A stretch of 64,000 nt of DNA from Styela clava (Eukaryota): contig NC_135262.1 of NCBI RefSeq assembly GCF_964204865.1, positions 14,570,001 through 14,634,000 on the forward strand. The letters are read 5' to 3'. Numbering within the stretch: the stretch's first letter is position 1; each line of letters opens with the position of its first letter. Of this stretch, positions 53,624 through 64,000 are shown piece by piece. The notes beneath the pieces are model-generated. The model saw nothing but the letters and a program-made list of their open reading frames with translations. It ran no database searches and was not told the DNA's origin. Both the position numbers and the translations under genes were made by a program.

Positions 53624-55070
53624 AAGAGCACAAGGGCTACTAAAGAAAATTCAGGCCATCGTTGAAGACCGCATGGATGCATAAACTAACACGAGGTTAG
53701 ATGACAATGCCATTGCCGCGAAAAGCACAGAATCCGAATAAAGATGGCTGTTCATTGGCTTGCTTTAATAGCCATTAGAAGCAGGCCGAATACTAAAATC
53801 TCCGCTATCGCGTGAAAACTACCAACAAAAATGTCATCATTTCAATATGCCTTATAAATGTATTGACAATTATGACATTAATGATTGTATTTCAAACTAT
53901 AAAAGGAAAATTGATCAAAATAGTTCAGAGTACCACAATTACCCTGTAACAGCATTTTTAAACCAAACCAAAATTTTAAGCATGAGTTAATTAGCAGTAT
54001 TCTGTTGTTTATCGAGAAAGCATTTTTAAATGTGAAATTATAGATTTCAAAATTGGGCAATACAAGGTGTTCATTTATAATGCTTTACCTTGCTTGATTT
54101 TGATACCAATATATATATATATATATATGGGACTGTCTAATTTGCTTTAGTGTATTATACTATAAATTATAATGACGTGGAAAGTATCCATTACTAACGA
54201 ACGAATATCCTTTTTTTTCAAATTTGTAAGTGGTATAATTGGTTGGATTCTGAAAAACATCAGTTTTATAATATCTTCAAAATGGTACAACAAAGTGTCT
54301 CATTTTTATTTTTAATGGTGAACTTTTGATGAAATTTAAATGCTTATATGCCGATGCTTACAGCAATGACACGTCGTTCATGACCAAAAATCATAAATTC
54401 ACTAATTATCGCAAGTAATTAAAACCAAATAGGATATATACCCTAATTTTGCTATAACCTTTTCCTAAAACAGTCAAATTTATGAAAAACAGAAACTTTT
54501 ATCACATTTACGGCAGAATCGAATCGATTAAATGAAAAGTTAAGTGATTAGAAGTTTATTAGTATATACCCAAATGGTAGGAACGATCCCCAAAAGTCCA
54601 TTTTCAGTAATCGGCTCTTCCATAATGTGTGATTTATTATAAATTACGCATTATCTGTGATTAGATTTCGGCAATGCAGATACCCACGTGTGTCGTGATG
54701 TCTTTTTATGGTTAGTTGATGCAACGATTATACTTTTGTACAATGAGCTTACTTTGAGTTTTGAATGCTTTTGCGAATGTTTTATCCTATTTTTTGTTAA
54801 GTGGGATAATTTGTATCACAACAATTTCAAAGTATGTCATATCTAGCGCGTTTTACCGAGTCAATTGCCGAAATTAGGAATCTTTTTGTGTTGGCAACCG
54901 ATACAATAAATTCCCGCTAGATGGCATTCAAGAACAAATATTATTTTAATTTTCCGATATGATATACAGCAAGCTATGTTGGCTTAAGCACTTATTTTTC
55001 TGCTATGCTTTATTTTGTTTTTGTTTCATTTTTCTTTTGCGATGTATTGCTTTTTCATTCTAGCAGTTGA

Positions 55071-55082
55071 AATAAATAAAAT
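55071..55082 (+). terminator. Candidate ephrin-A polyadenylation signal (tandem AATAAA)
   Basis: aaataaataaaa after a U-rich stretch about 1.45 kb downstream of the stop, just before a transposon remnant. Confidence 0.4.
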
Positions 55083-55126
55083 AATACCTGCTAAATATTT
55101 TAGTGCTGTAAGGTCTACGTCTACGG

Positions 55127-55532
55127 CACGGGTCGGGAACCTTTAGCATTGAAAGAGCCATTTGGCATTGCCGCAACATCTACTCTAATGTCCCTGGCTA
55201 TTAAAACTCGCGGAAAACCGTTTATGATGCAATATTCTAGTTCTCACTAAGAAGAAGTCAAATAAATTACTAATGATGCAATAATTAAGTTTACGACGAA
55301 AAGAAAAAGAAAACTGTGAAAAAACGTTTTAATCACTTTAATGAGTCCTATTGTAATCGCCCACAACTTTTACCTGTGATGTGATGTGTAACAATTGAGT
55401 AGTAATCAACTTATCTCCATTACTTATAAAAAAAAAACTGCTACAGCCACTGGGATTCACGGGAGCTAGAGCACCAAGAACAAAGGGATAATTGGTACAT
55501 GCGGCTACGGAGCCACAAGGTGTTCATCGCTA
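55127..55532. mobile_element. Degenerate hAT MITE
   Basis: cacgggtcgggaacctt..aagagcca left end and gcggct..gagccac right subterminal pattern; right TIR and TSD eroded. Confidence 0.55.
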
Positions 55533-56372
55533 GTTTATGCCCATGGATTTTATTGCAGTTCATAAAATTCAACACTCAGTTGTCTGACACCATATAGTGT
55601 CGTCTGAAACCCTTGCATTTGTTTAATTGCAGATCATTTCAATATACAAAACAGAAGTATTATGCTCTGACAAGGACATCTCCATAGCTAAGATTTTAGA
55701 TGATGGAGTTATTCTAATTGTTCAGTTGTCTGACAGAGCATAGGTTATGAAAGTCTTCTATACCAATTTTAGGTTCTAGCAATTAAATACAAAAAGCACG
55801 TGTCTCATGTTTGGCAAAGTTCAAGAATATATTTAATCAAATATTCGCAGTTTTAAAGGGTAGACCATCTCATACACCCTACCCTACACAATAGGTAGTA
55901 TTTCATTAATTTGATTTCTTTGCATCCTCAAAAATGGCAAAGCAAAGTTGCGATTCGTAAACACCGGAATGAATCACAGCATTAAACAAAAATAGGAGAT
56001 GAGACTATGAGTTTATGTGTAAACGTCAGCTATCCGAATTATTGGCTTGATTACAAAAATTGCCTAGTATTTCCATGACATCAGCAAAAGGGCGATGCTC
56101 GTCATGACAAAAATTTTCGAGTAAAAATCGAATCACACAAAGCTAACATCAAATTTTGAAATAAATATAGTCAACACCCTTAAAGCAAAAATAACAATCT
56201 TGAACTAATGATAAAGGAGATTCTAATTGACCTAGTAGTTAATGCAGTGGTTCTCAACCTGTGGCACTAGTGGTACGCGGGAGCTTTTCAAGTGGTACCC
56301 GAGCAGATTTGAATTATTGCAACAATTAACCTTACAGTTGGCTAAAATATGCTGGCAACGCTTTATCTTCCT

Positions 56373-57920
56373 CAGTGGCGTAACAACGCAATGTGGCGCC
56401 CCTGGATCTTTGCGCGAAATGCCGCCCCTTCAACACCGTCGTAAAAGCTGAATAAAATCCCACACAACAGAATAATTAAAGCAGTGGATAGTAAATTTTA
56501 TCGAAAGTTCCAAATTCAATATCTAGTTTTCATTGAAGCAAATTCAGAAATTATATCGTCAAAAGATAATGTGTCGACTAAATCACTTTCAATGGGCAGT
56601 ATTGTTGGCACAGGCAGCATGCTTTTCCCCATAGTCGATCTCAAGTAAAACTTCACCAACCTAGGTTTTGACTTCGTTATTCGCAGCTTGTGAAAGAAAC
56701 GGCAACAGTGAGGTAAAGCTTGAGACTCATGAATAAATAAGGTGTTGATTCGCATAAACGATGTTTGCAAACCACTGCAGTACGTCCAGCGCTGTAGCGT
56801 TATCTTTAAATGTAAAATCATTTGATTGTACTAGTGCAGTGGTTCTCCTCCGGGGGCTCCCCACAGGGGCCACGAAGCAGTTCGAGGGGGCGGGGGGGGG
56901 GGGGGGCACGACACAAGACTAATAATTTATTATATAGCGACTTCGTTTGCATACTTTCCACGGCAGTTTCATTACCTGAATAGGATTATTTGCGATCACA
57001 CGGTCAGGATGTATACACTTTCTTGTGCGTGAATTGTTTGATCATGATGGGATTTGAAATCTACCAATGAAAATAGTTCGCCGGTAGGCCGTCAGGTCTA
57101 ACCTACAGAATGGCAGTTCCACTCGACTGCGAGATAACCTTCGCTAGCGTATTATAGACGCAATTACGAAAATTGAACTACAGTTCCGTTTTGGATGAAC
57201 ACATGAATGGCTGCGTTCCTGGGCCTTCAGGCACAGAAAGATGTACTAACAACAACAACAGTTCCGTTGACTTTACCAAAGTAAATTGAGATGCCAGAGA
57301 ATGTAATTCATGCTGGCATTGCTCGTATGTAATGAGCAATAAATCATTACGTCCATCTGAACTCCAAAATACCGCGACAAAAATCACCCCCGGTGAAAGA
57401 CGTTGGCATCGGTTTCTTTGCTGCCAAACGAGTTAGATTTGTCAGGACCGCACATCAACAAAATTTATAAACCGTCTTGATGTTGACATTCGTCTAGCTA
57501 TAAAAAAGACTGAGCTTATTACGATAAACCTCGTCAGACAGTCCTAAGCGCAAGATTCCCTTTGATTGTATACTGGAGAGCGTTACTTTCTTGTCTGTGG
57601 TTTGCTTTTGCATTCCATAATAGGTCGTAAACACATAATACAATCCAACACGTTTCGTTTTTTGGATTGGCGAACACGGAGACCGCGAGTGCAAAGGGGC
57701 GTTGGAAGGGGCCACGAGCCATAAAACACCTGGTTTAGACGTGTATCTTGTGTCATTTTTTGGCTTCATTGGTAAATTAGGTCGTTAAATGTAACTGCCT
57801 TGGTTCGTTTAAAACGTTTTTTTCCGCTTCGTTTAAAACGTTTTGCCACATTTTGCCGCCCTCCTGCAACGTGCCGCCCCTGGATTTATCCACAACATCC
57901 AATAGGTAATTACGCCACTG
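56373..57920 (-). mobile_element. Nested hAT deletion derivative with a ZMYM1-like transposase dimerisation-domain remnant
   Basis: TIR cagtggcgtaa / ttacgccactg; perfect TSD ATCTTCCT; ORF 56516-56821 ends YLRSTM..IESDLVDTLSFDDIISEFASMKTR. A third hAT-like end begins at 56837. Confidence 0.9.
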
Positions 57921-58466
57921 ATCTTCCTTACTGTATGTATTCGCTGAACAGCGTTTATGGATGTTATTCCCAAACATCAGTTTTTTTTGTTTATTTCCGT
58001 AACTATAACCAATCAGAAATAAGTGAATAATGACGCAACACGTAACAATTGCAATTTCTGCACTCAGCCGCTCAGCCACTTCTGTCGCTCAAGCAGATGT
58101 TCAAGCATGGTTGCAAAATGCAAACATTGCCTCGTTTTTGTAGTTTTGAGTGATATTTGTCAGTTTTCAGTTGTGTTTCAAGAAAATAATAGTAAATTAA
58201 TTAACTTAATTGTCATTAAGTTATCCGCGGAGCTTCACTTTAGTTGCAATGATCGAAATTGAATCTTGCAAATGCTGCGATGGACAAGGCTAAACTTACA
58301 GCTATATATCAGGACCTGCAAACGGCACATGGTTGATTAATTTTAATAAAAATTATGGTTTCAAACACGTAAACCAGTTTATATGCGCCATCATACCAAA
58401 ACACTCTCAGAATAAGCACAAAGTTTTCATTAGTAAAGTATAAGAGTAATTTTTTCGGGGTCAATG

Positions 58467-58536
58467 GTCGGGGAAATGTCCATAGCACTGGTGCGCTATA
58501 CCGATAGCGCACCAGTGCTATGGACATTTCCCCGAC
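58467..58536. repeat. Perfect palindrome: 33-bp arms, 4-nt loop
   Basis: gtcggggaaatgtccatagcactggtgcgctat-accg-atagcgcaccagtgctatggacatttccccgac. Confidence 0.95.
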
Positions 58537-61149
58537 TTTAGAGATTGCCCTCGCCCGCTATTGCCCACTTTAAATGAAGCGATATAGGCATGTTTTTGTT
58601 CGTTTTGCGTGTTACGCCACAAAGGATGTAGTGCCACATTATAAAATACACACATAGCATGTTTCTTGTGTCTCTTTCCCCACGCCAAAAAAGGAGCTTT
58701 GTCGGTGGTACGCGGCCATAGTTAAAAACAGTAAAATGATACGCGGTCAGTAAAAGGTTGAGGACCACTGAGTTAATGGGAAAAAAGATTTTTTCATGAC
58801 AAGAAGAAGAAAAATACCAACAAGAACAATAACAACAAAAAAACGATTCATAGATTCACTTCGTGTTCATTAATACGAGTAGTTATATTTAATTTCTAAC
58901 TGTAATCGATCAATCAATCGTTTATGATGCAACGAATAACAGTATTAATTATGTTATTTGTGTGACCGAAGTCGCGAGGGACATAAGAACGTCTTCAAGC
59001 AGCGACACCTACAGCGCTGTTACAGGTTAGCATAAAAAGTGACATGAATGAGGGATAAAATATATAAATCCTCAGATGAGTCAACAACTGATGCAAATAC
59101 AGTTGCGACATTAGAAATATTTGAGATTTTGACACAGGGTAAAACTAGGAATATGAAACTATGTCGGAATAAATATCAGTAAGAATGCGAGGAAAACAGA
59201 ATAAAAATACAAAAAAATTTTAGAAAATGTATCTATATCTATCTATATAATGTTCGCAATAATGAGAAAGAGATAAAACGGCCAAATCATTTGAAAAAAA
59301 TAGCAAACGTAGATTGAGGGCAATAAACTATCGCGCTCCACTCTGAACGATCTTTGAATCAACTATTAATGTAGCAGATATTTTCGGATTTCGACTCCTT
59401 GCACCTATTCTCGTCCGCGAAGCTTGACGTTAGCCTGTACACCAGGCTGTTAAAAAGTGGATGATCCTCCTAGAAATTTCAATGGCTACCGGTACCGGTA
59501 GAAAGATAATTACCGATATATTTATTTTTTAGGTCTCTTTTAGTAAAAAAAAAGGTAATATTTAAACAATACAATGGTATAGTTGTCCCATCGAAAAGAC
59601 GTTTCAAAAATGACGTCAGTCAGGGTGTCATTTACAAACTACCTATCATTAGAATTGAGAGGATTGAGAGTGATGCTTTTCCAGTATATGTGGAATGGCT
59701 TAATCCATGGCTTGTTGACTAGTTGTAAACTGGTGAAAGTAATTATATTATACCAGTTAAGAAAGGACGATATTTTCTCGCCAACAAATACAAATTGCAA
59801 ATTTTTATTTTTTATAGAAATCATTGACTACTATTATTGATTAGGCGCGTGGGAAACGAATTGGCCCACGATAAACTTATGAACTTTGTTCTGCCTTACA
59901 GAACACATTTTCTCGGAAAACCAAAATATCTTATCAATATTTACAATCTTACAATCAGTTTAGGAAAAAAAATTATTTGTAAAGTTTTTACATTCTAAAC
60001 AAGATTTCGTCTGAGATTATTGTCAAGTATTTACTGAACTGACGTAAATATTTGGGACTGAGATAATTTTGTTGTGAAGAAGTATGCTGTGGCTAAACGT
60101 ATACCACTCGTGTCCGATTGCAGTAATATAATTATTAAAATCTTGGTTCTTAGTAAATTATGTAAACCGAAAAGGATTATTAGTTATTTTCCAATATCAC
60201 AAAGCGATTTGAAAGTAGAGCATTTAAATCAAATGTTCCGAAAAAATATATTGCGTTAAATTATTTAAATAATCAACCGCGTGTTGTGTCGTCGTGGAGA
60301 GATACTGTATTTCAGTACATTGTTGATATTAAAAACCCTATATATCATATTATTCAGCCGTATATAACTTATTAACTAAATGAGTCACACGTTATAGTTT
60401 TTCCACAGACAAGAAGAATGTGGGTCAATATTCAATGACTTTCCGCAAATATTTTACCTATTTTTCTCGAAAACCACTCTAAATTCTTCCACAAAACTGT
60501 CAAAAATTTGTCTCTGACTAAATTCACGATTCCCGTTCTTCTAGATATTTGAATATATATTATTGTTTTTGCCGACTTTATAGTGAGTTGTTTGACAGAG
60601 GCAAAAAAATATATATAAATCATTAAATATAAATATTTAACAATAACGGTTGTATTAGTGTTAGGGTTGCACATGAATATCAAAACATTGTTTGATAAAT
60701 GAGGTATAGCGTTTAGCCAATAATGGATGAAAAAACTGATCATATATATATTGATTATGCAAAACGTACATTTTTAGCGTAAACCTATATTGTACCTATC
60801 GTATATTGTACCTATAAAGATAGCTTGAACTTTTGAGAGGATTTGAATTTGATTTTTAAGATAGTTTAAATTTTCGAGTTGATTTCAATGAAGTATTTTC
60901 TATATCGGCCCACAAAATTAAAACAATAGGAAAAATTCAAAAGCTAGAGGGTAATAAAATATAAGTACTATTCTTTGAGCGAAAAATACATACTTTCATC
61001 ACTAAAAATCCAACGCAATTAGTTCAGTAGTTAACAAGAAACGTGATTTTTTATACGGTAATAATAAGAACAAGAATACAAAATGACAAAATGATTCATA
61101 AATCGTTCAATTTGTGCCTAATAATTTGACTAATCGACAATTTATGTAA

Positions 61150-63387
61150 TCATGGCACAATTACAGCTTCCCCGGCTTCTACTGTTATAAGTGATTCGTC
61201 TTGTTGACATGAACGCGAACAACGGCTCCCTGCTGTGTTTCCAGATAATGTAGCTAGTAGTGTTTCATAACTTTGTTTTATTGATAGATTCCACATATCA
61301 TATCCAACCAGGTGGAATAGACGAAATGTGTCCAAGTCTGATAATTTTGTCTTTGGTACAACGAAGACCTGAATCTGCGTGAAAACAAAATTACCAAGAT
61401 AATTTATTCATGGACTGATATTATTGGACATGGAGTGGACCTATGGATCGTTTTATTATTGTGCTGTTGTTGTCTTAAAATTTCCTTCACTAATAGACCA
61501 ATTACTTCGAAATTTCCAGTGGGGAAAGATTGTATTTTTTGCCAGAAGATTATTACTTTTATTTGTTACTAAATTTTCTTTGAGATCTGATATTTCATCG
61601 ATAATGTGCTTTACAATTTTTTAATTAAAGGAAACATCGTGACGGCTGGTACCGGTAGTTTACTATGACAGATTGCACACCCGTACTACGGTGTTATGGA
61701 CTTCGCGTCCATATATTTGAGCATCGCTACGTGTAATATATTTACGTTTGGTCAATAACAATTAGAATTCACCAATTGAAACTTACCACTTTTGCAATTC
61801 TTTTTATATGTATATATATATGTTAAATATTGGAAATAGATCAGATTTCAGTTTATATTAGTCGAAATCTGGTAGATTTGTACAATGTGCTTGGTTGAAG
61901 CAAACTTCAGAATTTCATAGATTTATCAAGGATATATATTGCTGGATGATATAATGTATGACAATTCTACCTAAAAATATATATGAATTTATATAACTTT
62001 ACTTACAAACGCTCCTGTCGCCTGAAGATTTACTGAGTCTCTGACGTAATCATCGTCGGATTTACCAGTTGTAAAAATTATGACTACGTCTAGTACGTTC
62101 AAGCGATTTCCTGCTTCAGGCGCCATCATGTTCTCGGTAAGGTACTGTATTGCTTGACCAAGGTTTGAACCTACTTATGCAAAAAAAGCAATGGTGTTGT
62201 GTACATTGTCTTTTTCCCTAGCTATTCTCAACGATGCTTTAAATACGTCTCAAACCAAACGTTTTGAATTGTATTCACCTCAAAATTAGCCTTTAGTTTG
62301 TTCGAACATGTTATGACTCAACAAACCATTGGTAATGAAATTGGATTTTATTTAAACGTTTTCATTTTTGATGCATCCAAACCGATTTCTTTATATTTGT
62401 TTTCAATAATTTTTTGAATTTTTTACTGGAAATCTTTTACATGAAATGGACAATACTTTTAATTTAAAATATTTCTCTGATTAAATTTCACTCACCTGTA
62501 CCATCATATGGCAGTGAATCAAATGCGTACCAAAATTCCGAAGGTTTGTCGGAATAATCATCCAACGAAATCAAATTTTTCGTGTCAACTTCGTTATTGT
62601 AACGCATAATTGAAATTTTTGTAGAATCGGCGGAAAATGAAAAACCTCTGAAGGTATAAAAACACGTGATATATATTTTATTCATTATGAATAGGATAAA
62701 CCGAGAAATAAATCCTCGCTTGATTTGCAGGTTCTATTCATAGTAGAGTGAATTCATTTGCAGAAATTGCTGTAATTGATGGATTATTTCATATATGCAT
62801 CAATAACCTTTATAATTAAATGTTCAAGCCTATATATTTGCATATAACTAGGCATATCTGTCGCAGTCGCAGTTTCATATACCTATCGTAACAAAAAAAC
62901 TTGATTATTTAGTGAAGTTCAACATATTAATGACGCAATATATATTTTATACGTGTCAGTCTGGTTTCATATGAAGTCTCATTGTCATGTCAAATTATGA
63001 ATTATCCTAAAAAAAGATAATCAACTTAATGGCACAAATTACTAATCTCAACCTTTGTGATATACTCAAAGTTTTTGTTTACTTGCTAAAAATGAGCATC
63101 GCGCACTAAATTATAACTCTGTCTTGTGTACTGCCAAATGTCATCGCTCAAATTTGCTCTAGTTACGTACGTCGTCGCAGGCACCATCATTATATTATCG
63201 TCGGTATTTTTTATTGAACAGAAGTCAAGTTAATATTTTTGAACTATGTCGAACAAAAATTTAAAACCACTGTACTGAAACGTTTGCTTGACATATTCTT
63301 TCATTAAAATCCAATCTTCAGCCCCCACCAAATCCGAAGAATCCAATAGAATATAGACATCCATGACGTTGTGAGGTGGACACGGAG
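61150..63387 (-). CDS. von Willebrand factor A (vWA) domain protein, last four exons; 5' part not identified in the window
   Basis: Exons 63387-~63270 (exact donor uncertain), ~62647-62496, 62170-62007, 61374 or 61368-61150 (TGA). CPPHNVMDVYILLDSSDLVGAEDW..KISIMRYN..LPYDGTGSNLGQAI..AGNRLNVLDVVIIFTTGKSDD..VFVV matches the collagen VI/matrilin-type vWA pattern. Confidence 0.88.
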
Positions 63388-64000
63388 CTTTATTAAAAAA
63401 AATAAAGTTCAATGGACACGTGGTGTATCTATGAATTGTTTTGCAAAATTATTGTTGTTAGAAACTATTGCTTTAAAAAATACTATTATTATACTATTAT
63501 ATATATTATATATTATTTTAATAATCTTATATAATATAATACTATCATAAGTTTCCTATTTTCAATACTTTTCGATGAGGAAGTTACTAGTAGAGTATTA
63601 CGTTTATTTTATTGCAAATTCACTCCAAGTCTTATGAAAGCAGATATTTTCACCAAAGATTTTTTAGTTATAAATTATTTAAAGAGGTGTTGCTAAAAAA
63701 TTTGCTTGACAGCCAAACTTTCGAGCAAAATCGATACATTTTTGGCGTTACCGAGTCGTACCGGCAAAAAGTTTCAATACTAATAAAAGACCTAAATTCG
63801 TTCAAATTATTAAGAAATTACGTGCACAACATGGTATTTTCCCGCTCCATTCTTTATTTGGCATACATTTGATTGTCTTGCTACTATCCGGATACAAAGC
63901 ATACTTCCGTTGCAAACATTTAAAATGACAAACTGACGTCACTCGGTTTTCTCGTGTACAACTGACAAATCTGTTTGGAACTGTTTTATTAAATGATTTG

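Larger units (their letters stand above)
56245..58770. mobile_element. Composite non-autonomous hAT element (2.5 kb), outer shell
   Basis: TIR cagtggttctcaacct / aggttgaggaccactg; perfect TSD AGTTAATG. Confidence 0.92.

Overview
AT-rich, intron-containing animal genomic DNA, most likely an ascidian (tunicate); this is inferred from gene content and organisation, not from a database match. Four protein-coding genes can be rebuilt by hand from splice sites. (1) A minus-strand polycystin-1/PKD1-like receptor (CUB, a ~470-aa single exon, REJ, atypical GPS, TM1, PLAT/LH2, TM2-5) that runs off the left edge. (2) A two-exon secreted fibrinogen-related-domain (FReD) gene on the plus strand, lying inside a 5' intron of the PKD1-like gene. 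(3) A complete six-exon GPI-type ephrin-A with a 16-kb first intron and a His-rich stalk. (4) The 3' end of a minus-strand vWA-domain gene. The main result is the pair (1)+(2): a polycystin-1-like receptor with an antisense, intron-nested fibrinogen-like gene is the architecture of the Ciona s-Themis/v-Themis self-sterility (gamete allorecognition) loci. Here the receptor also carries an N-terminal CUB domain that the ORF track misses, and a GPS lacking the cleavage motif. The intergenic blocks at about 13-30 kb and 55-59 kb are dense with nested non-autonomous DNA transposons (mostly hAT with 8-bp TSDs) and LINE 3' ends, and include a perfect 33-bp-stem palindrome. No rRNA, tRNA or CRISPR features were seen.
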